Assembly: GCA_041664365.1 (NCBI GenBank)
Contig: JBAYKW010000003.1
Span: forward strand, 28,696-92,695
DNA length: 64,000 bases
Direction of reading: 5' to 3'
From: Patescibacteria group bacterium
GTDB taxonomy: Bacteria > Patescibacteriota > Patescibacteriia > UM-FILTER-42-10
Shown here: piece after piece, positions 29,044-38,697 of the stretch
Layout of the letters: the number at the start of each line of letters is the position of its first letter
How positions within the stretch are numbered: position 1 is the stretch's first letter
The notes under the pieces: generated by a model
The model's input: the letters and a program-made list of their open reading frames with translations, nothing else
What the model was told of the DNA's origin: nothing
Databases searched by the model: none
Translations under genes and position numbers: made by a program

Positions 29044-32000
29044 ATGTTCAGAAAGAATTTTTCTCGATTCAGAAAAGCACTGTTACCAATTATTGGTGTA
29101 TTGCTTTTAGTTGTGTTTGTCGGGTTGTTGATGCCAGGGGAAACAAAAGCAAATTGGGTTGCAGATGGATTTATCAGTGTCATTGGTTCGTTCGGCGGTA
29201 AAATACTGGAGTTACTCGGTGCATTGCTCGGTCTGCTGATTGAAATGACGATCAAGATATTCCGCTTCAATAATTTCGTCAATATGAAAGCTCCACCGGC
29301 GGTGCATATCGGTTGGACAATCGTCAGAGATCTGTCCAACATGATGTTTATCGTAATACTGATCGTGATTGCTTTCGGTACCATTATGAAGATCCAGGCA
29401 TACCATGCCCGCAGTCTTTTGACGAAAATGATTATCATGATAATCCTGATAAATTTCAGCAAGACAATCACAGGATTGTTTGTGGATTTCTCACAGGTGA
29501 TCATGCTGACATTTGTGGATTCGTTCAGTGATTCAGCTCCGATTGTGCTTACGGTCGGCCTGAATTTGAATCAAATGGTCAGTTTTGCCAAGGAAACGGA
29601 TGGAAAATTAGGGGTTGTATCTGTGCTAGTTGCGGTTTTTCTGGCTAACGCCATGCTGGTGGTCGCGATTGCGGTCATCCTTGCCATGCTGGTTATCCTT
29701 ATCTATAGAATCCTGAATATTTGGATTTTAGTTATACTTTCCCCGATAGCTTATGTTGCATCGGTCCTACCTAACACGTCGCGGTATGCCTCCAGATGGT
29801 GGTCGGAGCTGGGAAAGAATCTCTCATCCGGACCGATTTTGGCTTTCTTTTTATGGTTGTCGCTTTCCATCATTTCCACCAGCGCCGGTGCGCCGATTGA
29901 TTTATCTGATCCGAGCATTGGTGGAATAACCAACGAACCTATTTCTGATGAGCTTGATGATACACAACTGCCGAAAGGTGCTTCGGCAATTATGAATACT
30001 CAGAACATGTTCAACTACATAATTACCATCGCCCTTTTATTAACCGGAATCATGTTGACACAAGAGTTAGGGGTGATGGGAGGAAGTACAGCTGCTAAAT
30101 TCCCGGCTATGGCGAAAAAAATCGGCATGGGCGCCGTCACCAAGCCGTTTAGTAAAGGATCACAAGCATGGGCATGGGGTGCCAGAAAGATCAGAGCCGG
30201 CGGAATAGGCAAGAAGAATGCGGAAGGAAGGGGTTTTATGCAAGGAGTTGATCTGAATCCGGCAAGTGTGCTTCGCACCATGAAGGGTGGTTTTGACCGA
30301 AAACGCGATCAGGAAGAACGTACAGGAAGGGTTGAAACCGGCAGAAGGCTGGAACAAGGAGGATTTACGGGAGGGATATTGGGGGCGGGATCATCATCCT
30401 GGGTGGATAATTATGCCCAAGGGTTTTTATATAATAAAGGTATTAAGCATCTGTTTAAAGGAAAGCAAGGTGATATTACGGCTATGGATACGGAAAGACA
30501 CCGCCAGGAAGAAGAAATGAAAAAACTGCAGGAAATGAGTCAACAGCAAAATACCACGGAAGCATATACTGATATAGCTGGTGGCGATTTGGATCATGCC
30601 GTTGGGGAGGTTGAGAGTATTGATTTTGAAATTAAAGGGATAAAAGTTCAGGCCGAGGCGGCAGATAACGTTTATCATACACCCGATAATCTGGATGCGG
30701 AGGCATTGGAAATTGAAAATCAAGTTAGTAGCGGTATGTTGTTACCGGGTGATATTAAATCACTTGAAGCGCAATCAAAAGTCCTCCGTAAGCAATCTGC
30801 AGATACCGGGGACATTAAACTTTCTGAAGAGGCGGATGCAATTGATGTAAGGATCGGGGCCGGTGTGTTGTCTGATGACGAAAAAGGTTATCTTGCAGAA
30901 TCCGCCAAAGCTAAACGTGCGGAAGCTAATCGACTCCGTGAAAGTCGCAGATTGGCAGAGGGCCAAGAGAAACCGTCCGATCTGGACGATCAGGCATTTC
31001 AGATCCAGAATACAATTAGTTCTGGTGTTTGGACGCCGGAACAAATACAATCAATCAAAAGAGAAGCCAATGATAAACGTGAGGAAGCAGAAGTAATCAG
31101 AAGAGAAGATCCTACTGGGGCTGATGCAGTGGCACAAGCAAGGGTGGCTGCCTTGGAAAAAGAAGCTGGTGAAATAGATACACTAGTTGATCCGGCTGCA
31201 AAGAAATTGGATGAAATGGAAGAGCTCAAAGCAAAAGCTAAAGCCAAACGTGATGAAGCAGCAGCAACTACGGATACTACAAAGCAAATAGCTTTGGAAA
31301 AAGAAGCGGTTGATATAGAGGCAGAAATCAAAGATGTTGAAGTATCGCCGGGAGAAAGTTCGCGACTATTTTCGATTGCTGAAGCTAAACGCAAGGATTC
31401 AGAAAAACTACGAGCCGTAGAACCGGCAGAAAGAATAGCGGAATTGAGTGCCCGACGAGAAAAAGCAATAGCGGAAAAAGCAAAGAAACAGTCGGAGTTA
31501 GACGAATTCAACAATATGACAGATGGGATAGATGCTAGTGGTAAAAAAGTAACAAGATCGGAAAGACAGCGTGAATTTGCACGAGCTAGACTGAAAGAAA
31601 TGGCTGCGGAAAAGGAAGCGGCCCGCCAAGCTCTGTTGGATGGTGGACTTAGCGATGCTCAAAAAGATGACAGAAATAGTCAAATCAAAGCTAAAGACAT
31701 AAAGATAAAAGTAGTTACTGATGATATAAATAGGAAAGCTGCTTTAGGCGAAAGTACAGATCTTTTGAGAAAAATGCTGGCAGAGCTGAAAAAAGACAGA
31801 AACGCTTTACAAGTTGATGAAACTACGGGAAAAGTTAGCGATAACGCCAAGGCAACTGACAAAGAAAGAGAAGCCAACGAGCCGCAGATAGAATTTTTGA
31901 AAAAAGAAGCGGATAAATTCAATGAAATCGCAGGCAGGGAAGATATGGATGAGACTGTGCGGAAAAACTATGCGGACGAAGCAGCAAAAAAACATAAAAT

Positions 32001-32976
32001 AATTGTTGATCTTGAGGAAAGAATCAAAGAAGAATCCGCCTTTCGCCCGATCGACTTTTTAGCAAACTTAGAAAGAAGAAGCATGGTTAGTGAAGCAGCA
32101 AGAAAGATAGATACTACTAACGAAGACGAATTGATGGCATTGATGCAAAATGCTGTTGCGAGGGGGAATGTAACAGATGCATCTGCGGTGGCAATGTCGG
32201 CGGCAAAAGCAGCGCATTTAAATGAAGTGGTTATGGATCATCGTGCGCAATCGGACTGGTATGAAGATGTGGACGGCAAGCTTACAACAATTAAGTCAGA
32301 TGGGGCTAGGATGGTTTTCAAAGCCGGCCAGTCCATGTCAGCCGGTATTGAGGGCCTGCATGTATTTATGAATGAAATATTTGAGAAACAACTGGGCTAT
32401 AGTCATCAATCTACATTGGCGCTGGAGAGTGATTTATCGAGCGCGGCGGAACATGTTGAACATTGGACTTTTGGACAAGCAGTTGGCACATCTCCTGATG
32501 GTCAGTTTAAGCAGAGATCCCGCGCGGAACAAGGCGCGAGAGTGGCGACAGAAAGATCCAAAAGAGATCCCGCAGCTTTATACCGCCTCGGTAACCGGCT
32601 CTCACTTTCTACTGAAATGTGGAAGGATGACTCCGACCATACTAAAGGACGCGAGTCGGTACTCAATGAATATGCTGTTCCGGAAATTATGAATTGGCAA
32701 AGATATTCATTTCTTGCTGAGAGACAGAATATAAATGCTAATGCGGCAAAGCATTTACTTGGTGAAAGAAATAAACCGCTATTTGACCTTATGAGGGAAA
32801 AGGCAATAAGTAAAGGTACATTTGATGGGGATGTGAAGGCAGGAGGAAAGGGTGGATTCAGAAAATTATACGATGACTTACTAATACTTGCTCAATCGGA
32901 GGATAAGGAAAGCGGAACTCAGGCTGATATTAGAAGATCACAACAATTGATGAGGAGTTTACGTATGTTAAAGTAA
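29044..32976 (+). CDS. VirB6/TrbL-like polytopic membrane protein with a long helical C-terminus
   Basis: GWTIVRDLSNM, LINFSKTITGLFVD and R...IWILVILSPIAY...WW; then ~950 aa of charged helix. Confidence 0.72.
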   Translation: MFRKNFSRFRKALLPIIGVLLLVVFVGLLMPGETKANWVADGFISVIGSFGGKILELLGALLGLLIEMTIKIFRFNNFVNMKAPPAVHIGWTIVRDLSNMMFIVILIVIAFGTIMKIQAYHARSLLTKMIIMIILINFSKTITGLFVDFSQVIMLTFVDSFSDSAPIVLTVGLNLNQMVSFAKETDGKLGVVSVLVAVFLANAMLVVAIAVILAMLVILIYRILNIWILVILSPIAYVASVLPNTSRYASRWWSELGKNLSSGPILAFFLWLSLSIISTSAGAPIDLSDPSIGGITNEPISDELDDTQLPKGASAIMNTQNMFNYIITIALLLTGIMLTQELGVMGGSTAAKFPAMAKKIGMGAVTKPFSKGSQAWAWGARKIRAGGIGKKNAEGRGFMQGVDLNPASVLRTMKGGFDRKRDQEERTGRVETGRRLEQGGFTGGILGAGSSSWVDNYAQGFLYNKGIKHLFKGKQGDITAMDTERHRQEEEMKKLQEMSQQQNTTEAYTDIAGGDLDHAVGEVESIDFEIKGIKVQAEAADNVYHTPDNLDAEALEIENQVSSGMLLPGDIKSLEAQSKVLRKQSADTGDIKLSEEADAIDVRIGAGVLSDDEKGYLAESAKAKRAEANRLRESRRLAEGQEKPSDLDDQAFQIQNTISSGVWTPEQIQSIKREANDKREEAEVIRREDPTGADAVAQARVAALEKEAGEIDTLVDPAAKKLDEMEELKAKAKAKRDEAAATTDTTKQIALEKEAVDIEAEIKDVEVSPGESSRLFSIAEAKRKDSEKLRAVEPAERIAELSARREKAIAEKAKKQSELDEFNNMTDGIDASGKKVTRSERQREFARARLKEMAAEKEAARQALLDGGLSDAQKDDRNSQIKAKDIKIKVVTDDINRKAALGESTDLLRKMLAELKKDRNALQVDETTGKVSDNAKATDKEREANEPQIEFLKKEADKFNEIAGREDMDETVRKNYADEAAKKHKIIVDLEERIKEESAFRPIDFLANLERRSMVSEAARKIDTTNEDELMALMQNAVARGNVTDASAVAMSAAKAAHLNEVVMDHRAQSDWYEDVDGKLTTIKSDGARMVFKAGQSMSAGIEGLHVFMNEIFEKQLGYSHQSTLALESDLSSAAEHVEHWTFGQAVGTSPDGQFKQRSRAEQGARVATERSKRDPAALYRLGNRLSLSTEMWKDDSDHTKGRESVLNEYAVPEIMNWQRYSFLAERQNINANAAKHLLGERNKPLFDLMREKAISKGTFDGDVKAGGKGGFRKLYDDLLILAQSEDKESGTQADIRRSQQLMRSLRMLK

Positions 32977-32988
32977 AGGGATAATAAT

Positions 32989-34350
32989 ATGACTGATAAA
33001 ATAAATACAAATAATATACCGGATTTAGAAGATTTAAAATTACTTGAAAAATACAAGGAATATATTGATTATGTTGAATTTAACAACGAGATAGCACTGG
33101 CCAAAGATATCTCCGACATGCTGCTTGCTCTGTTCGGGCATACCCCGAATTTCAATGTAAAAAATCCGGATTTATTTAAGGAATATCAGTCTATTTTAAT
33201 CCGCGCGCGCTGGGTCGCTCTTCCACTTCTGAAAGACCCGGATGTATTGGAGATGTTTGAAAAATATTACATGGAAGGGATGGCAATGTCGGAATTGGTG
33301 GATATCCAGGAAAAACTGAAAATTAATTTATTGAATCACTTATTACCGGAGGATCGGGATAAGCTGAAACTGGCAATCAGAAAAGCTTTGGAAAGAAATG
33401 TCCAGTTAATAACGAAAGACAAGCTTCAGGCGGATGAGGAAAAAAGAGATCCGACAATTGCAAATTGGATTTTGGATTTTACTTCAGAATTGGGGACCAA
33501 TATGTTTGACCGGGTAAAGGAGAACCAATATTTTGTAAATGGAAATAATACAAAAAAACTGTCAGAAACGGAAAAAACAAATCTGAGAGTACTACTTAAT
33601 ATCTATCGCCGTTGTGGCAGATCGTCTTTGACTCTTGAGGGAAATGAAGAACCAATTCCAGTTGATACAGAAAACAGAGTCGGTACCATCCGCGAAGGCC
33701 AGTTTGAAGAGATAAAAATGAAGGATTGGATAGCATTGGTGGAAAAGATGAAAAGTATCCGTAACATGAATTATAATGTTGATGATGCGCCGGCGGAAAT
33801 GACCGAAACGGAGAAAGAATTACAGCGGGAAAAACTGATTATGGAATTTCTCGGATCAGAAGGGGAGAGGATTATGATCCATAACGAGGAGAACAGCCTC
33901 GAGGAGACTAGTAATACAGGATTACAGGCGCTTGTTTCGATACTGATGGATGCGGTAGATCGGAAAGATAAATACAAAGCAATAGCTGCATTGCGCGTAA
34001 TCGCGGATAAGGGTAATTTGACGGAAGAATTTAAACTGAATGAAAGAGTCAGCGCATTGGCTAAAGAAATATTGCAAAAGCAATACAAACCGGAAATAAC
34101 CGCTGATTTTCAGCGTAATGGTTTCACGGCGCCCTATTTAAGTATATTTCTACAGCATATATTCCGGGAGAAAATGAATCTGGATGATGCGGAGTCCGCC
34201 CGATTTGGCGTACAGCTGGAAAATATTTTGGTGGAAAAGGGGCAGACATCCGTACAGGGGATGGTCTATGGTGATTTGATGAGCGGAAAATATATGTGGC
34301 AAGCAATAAAAGATGAAGGAGTTAAACTGTCAATTCCGGATCAGATCTAG
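32989..34350 (+). CDS. Hypothetical helical protein
   Basis: 453-aa ORF directly after the VirB6-like gene; no recognised motif. Confidence 0.7.
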   Translation: MTDKINTNNIPDLEDLKLLEKYKEYIDYVEFNNEIALAKDISDMLLALFGHTPNFNVKNPDLFKEYQSILIRARWVALPLLKDPDVLEMFEKYYMEGMAMSELVDIQEKLKINLLNHLLPEDRDKLKLAIRKALERNVQLITKDKLQADEEKRDPTIANWILDFTSELGTNMFDRVKENQYFVNGNNTKKLSETEKTNLRVLLNIYRRCGRSSLTLEGNEEPIPVDTENRVGTIREGQFEEIKMKDWIALVEKMKSIRNMNYNVDDAPAEMTETEKELQREKLIMEFLGSEGERIMIHNEENSLEETSNTGLQALVSILMDAVDRKDKYKAIAALRVIADKGNLTEEFKLNERVSALAKEILQKQYKPEITADFQRNGFTAPYLSIFLQHIFREKMNLDDAESARFGVQLENILVEKGQTSVQGMVYGDLMSGKYMWQAIKDEGVKLSIPDQI

Positions 34351-34366
34351 TTACTTATTGGCAACT

Positions 34367-34395
34367 AAAAAACAGACTGGAAAGCCTGTTTTTTG
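34367..34395 (+). terminator. Intrinsic terminator
   Basis: AAAAAACAGAC-TGGAAA-GCCTGTTTTTT. Confidence 0.7.
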
Positions 34396-34437
34396 TTGGG
34401 TTTACAATTAATTAGTCAGGAGTAAAATGTAATTATA

Positions 34438-35484
34438 ATGCGAAGAATATATATTCTATCAGAAAAAAATATAGCTGAGTATTTATTGAACCAAGTCAAT
34501 AAATCGCTTCCTTTCAGGTTATTAAAAATTACCGAAGTCACGGAGATAACTAAATATACTAACGCTAGTTTTGTTTACCGGGTGCACTGCATTACCAATC
34601 AGGGGAAAAAGACTTTATTTCTTAAGCAGTCAGATGGTTATACGAAAAGAAACAGGAGAATTCGCGTGGATCCCGAGAGGGTAATAATTGAAGGAGAAAA
34701 GCTGAAGTTATTAGAATCATTGTTTGGTAAAGGAATTGTGCCTTTGGTATTATATGTTGATCTGAAAAATTATATTTTGGTGATGGATGATATTCAGGGG
34801 AAAAAGAAGATACTGATCGAAGAATTTGATCAGCATAAAGTGTATCCTCAGCTGGCACGGAAATTTGGCATTTTTTTTGGCACTCTGCACGGTAAAACAT
34901 ATAACACCCCACCCGTTTTCAACCGCTCGGCCTGGCAAAAAAGAATTTATCGTCTATGGAGAAACTGGATTCTATTTGGAGCGAAAAAGATCCTGCCCGA
35001 TAAAACAATTCGTGCGTTTATCCGACAGTCTGATCGGGCAAAAAAATCCTTGATCTGGGGAGATCCGGTCAACAAAAATATCTTTGTTAATCGGCAAAAT
35101 TTTTCGGTACTGGATTTTGATTTTGCTATGTATCACGATCCTGCTCTGGATAACGGGGTGTTTCTGGCGCACTGGGTTATAAAAATGTTGGAAGGAAAAA
35201 AGAAAATTGCCATTGATTGCCGGAATTTTATCATAAATTTCACCAAAGCATATCTTAAAACAACTATGACCATGGGTTTGTCAGTGCAAGAGCGCGACGG
35301 CATTATGAAAAGAACCATTGTCTGGACGGGTGTTTACATGGTCTCTCGTACGGACGGGCGGTCGGGCTCTTATTACAAAAAGTCACCGGTCTGGGAAAGC
35401 CAAATCAGAGAAACAGGTTTGGCGCTAATTACAAAGAAAAAAAATAATACCGCTGATTGGTTTAGAAAAGCTTTGACAAAATAA
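34438..35484 (+). CDS. APH/methylthioribose-kinase-like phosphotransferase
   Basis: FVYRV, LFLKQ, LIWGDPVNKNIFV (Brenner-like), LDFDFA and DPALDNG. Confidence 0.8.
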   Translation: MRRIYILSEKNIAEYLLNQVNKSLPFRLLKITEVTEITKYTNASFVYRVHCITNQGKKTLFLKQSDGYTKRNRRIRVDPERVIIEGEKLKLLESLFGKGIVPLVLYVDLKNYILVMDDIQGKKKILIEEFDQHKVYPQLARKFGIFFGTLHGKTYNTPPVFNRSAWQKRIYRLWRNWILFGAKKILPDKTIRAFIRQSDRAKKSLIWGDPVNKNIFVNRQNFSVLDFDFAMYHDPALDNGVFLAHWVIKMLEGKKKIAIDCRNFIINFTKAYLKTTMTMGLSVQERDGIMKRTIVWTGVYMVSRTDGRSGSYYKKSPVWESQIRETGLALITKKKNNTADWFRKALTK

Positions 35485-35531
35485 AACACCCCGCGCACCG
35501 TACCAAAATCAATCAGTACGAAACGCGGGGG
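35484..35531 (-). terminator. Terminator of the GC-rich minus-strand unit
   Basis: CCCCGCG..CGTAC...GTACG..CGCGGGG followed by TGTTTT on the minus strand. Confidence 0.6.
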
Positions 35532-35552
35532 AAAAGGTGAGGGCGCCAGGTT

Positions 35553-35684
35553 TTACGCCAAGGCGCCAGCGAAAAGGAGCAGGGTGCCGATCGTGGCGAA
35601 AGGTCCATCACCGCGATGGTTCTTTACCGAAATCAGCAGACACGCTAGTGCGAGCACTAGCACGATAGGCTTGACGAAGCGCAT
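35553..35684 (-). CDS. Small 43-aa hydrophobic (2-TM) protein
   Basis: AAGGAAGG SD before the ATG; MRFVKPIVLVLALACLLISV...TIGTLLLFAGALA. Confidence 0.55.
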   Translation of the reverse strand: MRFVKPIVLVLALACLLISVKNHRGDGPFATIGTLLLFAGALA

Positions 35685-35686
35685 TG

Positions 35687-36265
35687 TCAGCCTTCCTTGG
35701 TGAGGAATTCCACGGCCATCTCTTCGTTTTCGTGGAAGGCCAGCCATTTGTCGGCCGGCGACCACAGGCCGAGCGTCCGCAGAGCGTACATTTGGTCACG
35801 CGACCAACCGAACAGCACGACCTTCTTGGCCCGTCCCTCCTTGGCCAGAGACTTGCGGTTCCAAGCGAGGATCGGCACAAGGTGTGCGATGGTTCCTTCG
35901 CGACCGGAGAAGAACAGGAAAGCGTCGGATCGGGACGCCCAGATGCCGAGACGAAGGCTCCAGGTGACGAAAGGATCCGCCACGCCTCCTTGACGGTATT
36001 CCCTCGGAAGGGATTGGGCGATGATGTTGCAGTCCGTGATCGTCCGAATACTCCCGACATGGACAGTGCGGAGGGGAGCCGCAATGTGACCATGACAGAG
36101 GATGCCAGACTCATCAAAGATCCGGACGAGATCGCCCTGGATGCCCACGTTGGCTTCCCAGCGCTTCTGATTGAGAAGTATCGCGATTTTCATCGCGGCT
36201 TCAGCAAAGCTACCGCCACCGAGGTCGCGGTCCCCCTGAATGAACACTCTTTTTCCCATTGTCAC
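35687..36265 (-). CDS. GC-rich orphan protein, possibly ending in a STAS-like segment
   Basis: GGAGG SD, consensus promoter upstream, terminator downstream; C-terminal ALRTLGL....FHENEEMAVEFL. Confidence 0.6.
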   Translation of the reverse strand: MTMGKRVFIQGDRDLGGGSFAEAAMKIAILLNQKRWEANVGIQGDLVRIFDESGILCHGHIAAPLRTVHVGSIRTITDCNIIAQSLPREYRQGGVADPFVTWSLRLGIWASRSDAFLFFSGREGTIAHLVPILAWNRKSLAKEGRAKKVVLFGWSRDQMYALRTLGLWSPADKWLAFHENEEMAVEFLTKEG

Positions 36266-36427
36266 TTGCCTCCGGGACGGTGGTGATTCTAAACCAGCCA
36301 GAATAATTTCTGGACTAGTTGTGCTCTATGTCAATGTGCCAGTAAAATGGGCACTCCTCTAAAAACGAATTATTTCACTTTCGACGGAATGCCCACTTCT
36401 CTCTCCAGTGTTTGAGTTTAACCGGCC

Positions 36428-36456
36428 ATTATATACCTAATTTCACTTTTTGTCAA
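36428..36456 (-). promoter_or_regulatory. Perfect consensus sigma70 promoter
   Basis: Minus-strand TTGACA-17 nt-TATAAT. Confidence 0.8.
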
Positions 36457-36556
36457 TCCTAAAAGACTAATTCTTGGCTAAAATAGGGGGTTTTCAAAAC
36501 GTGAAAAATCCATTATGATTGTAGGTACTATCTAATGATTTAATATTTATTGTTTT

Positions 36557-36841
36557 ATGAATCCCGTTAGAGAAAATAGTATATGGTATACTTATCTAAT
36601 ACAAAGCCAAAAAGATAAACATTGGTATACCGGTTGTACTGATGATTTACGAAAGCGCTTTAAGGAACACAATAACGGTATGGTAAATTCTACTAAAGGT
36701 CGAGGGCCATTTAAATTAATTTATTATGAAGTGTGTCTTAATAAAAATGATGCTTTTGCTAGGGAAAAATATTTGAAATCTGGTATGGGCAAAAGATATC
36801 TAAAAAATCGTATTAAGCGCTTCCTAACTCTAACGGGATGA
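36557..36841 (+). CDS. Small GIY-YIG nuclease family protein
   Basis: YTYLIQS...WYTGCTDDLRKRFKEHN...YYE...AFAREKYLKSG. Confidence 0.93.
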   Translation: MNPVRENSIWYTYLIQSQKDKHWYTGCTDDLRKRFKEHNNGMVNSTKGRGPFKLIYYEVCLNKNDAFAREKYLKSGMGKRYLKNRIKRFLTLTG

Positions 36842-36843
36842 AT
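36557..36843 (+). mobile_element. Minimal GIY-YIG insertion element with 10-bp terminal inverted repeats and a 6-bp direct repeat
   Basis: ATGAAT|CCCGTTAGAG (36563-36572) ... CTCTAACGGG (36828-36837)|ATGAAT. Confidence 0.8.
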
Positions 36844-37512
36844 AAGCGTATCGCCAAGCTACTCAGTGACTTTGGTTTTTTTGTTTTCGGTAAGTTTTAC
36901 GGATCACTGGGCGAACCGTCACCTATCTACATAACAAGCAAGCGTCTTTATTCCCACCCGGACAAAATGAAAGTAGTGTCAGAAGAAATAGCTGATTTTA
37001 TGAAAGGTAAAAGTATTGATCTAGTGGCCGGTACAATGGTTTCCGGCACCCCTTTAGCCATGGCCGTATCGCTTGCATCGCATAAGCCGTTTATTTATCT
37101 TCGGCAAAAAACGAAGAAAGATGGTTCTTTGGTTACTTTATTGGAAGGGTTATACAGAAAAGGGGAAAGTGTGTTGGTGGTAGATGACGGGATCGGTACC
37201 GGCAGTACCAAAGAGCGCTTTATTAAAACTCTGCAGAAAAAGGGTCTGGTTGTCAAAGATGTACTGGTCCTTTATGATGCCGGGGTAGAGTATATTCCAT
37301 TCTATGCAAAACATAAAATTAAAATTCATTCGTTTGTAAAACATAATGATCTGGTTAAGTTCATGGTGAAGAATGGTTACATTTCAAAAAAATTAGGGGA
37401 CTATATGTATGATATTTGGAAGAACCTGAAAGAATGGCAGAAAGACCAGAAAAAGTGGAATGAATTTGTGTCACTGGCAAAATCCGAGGGTTTTACTGAT
37501 TCAAACAAATGA
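36838..37512 (+). CDS. pyrE: Orotate phosphoribosyltransferase-like type I PRTase
   Basis: SPIYI, GTPLA, YLRQKTK and PRPP loop VLVVDDGIGTGST. Confidence 0.75.
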   Translation: MNKRIAKLLSDFGFFVFGKFYGSLGEPSPIYITSKRLYSHPDKMKVVSEEIADFMKGKSIDLVAGTMVSGTPLAMAVSLASHKPFIYLRQKTKKDGSLVTLLEGLYRKGESVLVVDDGIGTGSTKERFIKTLQKKGLVVKDVLVLYDAGVEYIPFYAKHKIKIHSFVKHNDLVKFMVKNGYISKKLGDYMYDIWKNLKEWQKDQKKWNEFVSLAKSEGFTDSNK

Positions 37513-38411
37513 AGCGGATTTTACTTAGTGGATCTTCAAATAATCCCTTGGCAAAAAAAATTGCTTTAAAGACGGGTATCAGGTTGGGAAGATTATCCAT
37601 CAAAAAATTCAGAGACGGGGAAAAATATGTAAATGTCGGGGAAAATTTAAAAGAAAAGGAAGTAATTATCCTGCAATCAGGTTCTATGCCGGCAGATGAA
37701 CATTTAGTTGAGCTTTTATTAATTTTGGATGCGGTAAAAAGATTACGACCAAAAAAAATAATAGTGCTATTGCCGTTTTATCCTTATCGCAGGCAGGAAA
37801 AGGAATCACAAAAGGGGGATGCAATATCAGCAGAACTAATTGGGGGGCTTTTGCAGGCCTGTAAAATAGATAAACTTGTTGTTGTAGATCTGCATAGCCC
37901 TGTAATAAAAGGATTTTACAAAATTCCGGTCAAAGAAATATCCGCGATTCCATTATTTGTGAAATACTTCCAAAATAAAAAGATAGATGCCGCAGTTGCC
38001 CCCGATAAAGGAAGTATAAATCGTTCTGGCCGGTTTGCCTCCTTACTTAAAATTCCGGCCTTGGTAATGGAAAAAAAGCGAACTGAGCATGATAAGGTAC
38101 ATAGCCTAAAACTTATGGATATTTCTGGAAAAGCAGTGGAAGTGAAAAATAAGAATGTTGTGCTGGTTGATGATGAAATAAATACGGCGGGAACATTGGC
38201 AGAAAATGTAAATGTTTTAAAAAAACTTGGAGTAAATGATATATATTTTGCAGCGACTCATGCTGTTTTATCCGGTAAAGCGATACAGAGGATAAAAAAA
38301 ATGGCAGTCAAAGAGATAATTACTACTGATACTATCCGATTGCCTTCCGTAAAGAAAATTAGTAAACTGAAAGTGTTGTCCGTTGCAGATATAATCGCAA
38401 GAACGTTATAA
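37509..38411 (+). CDS. prs: Ribose-phosphate pyrophosphokinase
   Basis: FRDGE, PFYPYRRQEK, VDLHS, APDKG, VDDEINTAGT and ATHAV. Confidence 0.93.
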   Translation: MKRILLSGSSNNPLAKKIALKTGIRLGRLSIKKFRDGEKYVNVGENLKEKEVIILQSGSMPADEHLVELLLILDAVKRLRPKKIIVLLPFYPYRRQEKESQKGDAISAELIGGLLQACKIDKLVVVDLHSPVIKGFYKIPVKEISAIPLFVKYFQNKKIDAAVAPDKGSINRSGRFASLLKIPALVMEKKRTEHDKVHSLKLMDISGKAVEVKNKNVVLVDDEINTAGTLAENVNVLKKLGVNDIYFAATHAVLSGKAIQRIKKMAVKEIITTDTIRLPSVKKISKLKVLSVADIIARTL

Positions 38412-38502
38412 TACATCAATAAGCGGGTTTAAACTATATAAAGATACTCGTTCGCCTTGTCTTATTCGTGCCCATAACTCCTCCCTTCGTTTAATTAGAT
38501 TT

Positions 38503-38580
38503 GAGCTTCGGAAGGCAAGCAGTTATTCAATTAACAATGTTTGCCCGTCGAAGCTCCAATTTCAATCGGAGCGTAGTCGG
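38503..38580. repeat. REP-like palindrome abutting the tRNA 5' end
   Basis: GAGCTTCG.aaGGCAAGCA ... TGTTTGCC...CGAAGCTC, then GAGCGTAGTCGG. Confidence 0.6.
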
Positions 38581-38657
38581 GCGCCCGTAGCTCAGCTGGA
38601 TAGAGCGTAGGATTCCGGATCCTAAGGTCGGAGGTTCAAGCCCTCCTGGGCGCACCA
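38581..38657 (+). tRNA. tRNA-Arg (CCG)
   Basis: Acceptor GCGCCCG/TGGGCGC; D-arm GCTCAGCTGGATAGAGC; anticodon arm TAGGA-TTCCGGA-TCCTA; T-arm GGAGG-TTCAAGC-CCTCC; encoded CCA. Confidence 0.96.
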
Positions 38658-38697
38658 AAATTTAACATAGGATGATCATAGTGGAATAAGGAATAAC

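Noticed and set aside
30999-31514. Antisense ORFs such as the 171-aa Ser/Ala-rich frame
   Set aside because: Mirror frames of Glu/Lys/Ala-rich sense genes with no independent signals
35684-36286. 200-aa plus-strand ORF and other overlapping ORFs in the GC-rich patch
   Set aside because: The promoter, SD and terminator all support the minus-strand 35687-36265 ORF; long shadow ORFs are expected at high GC
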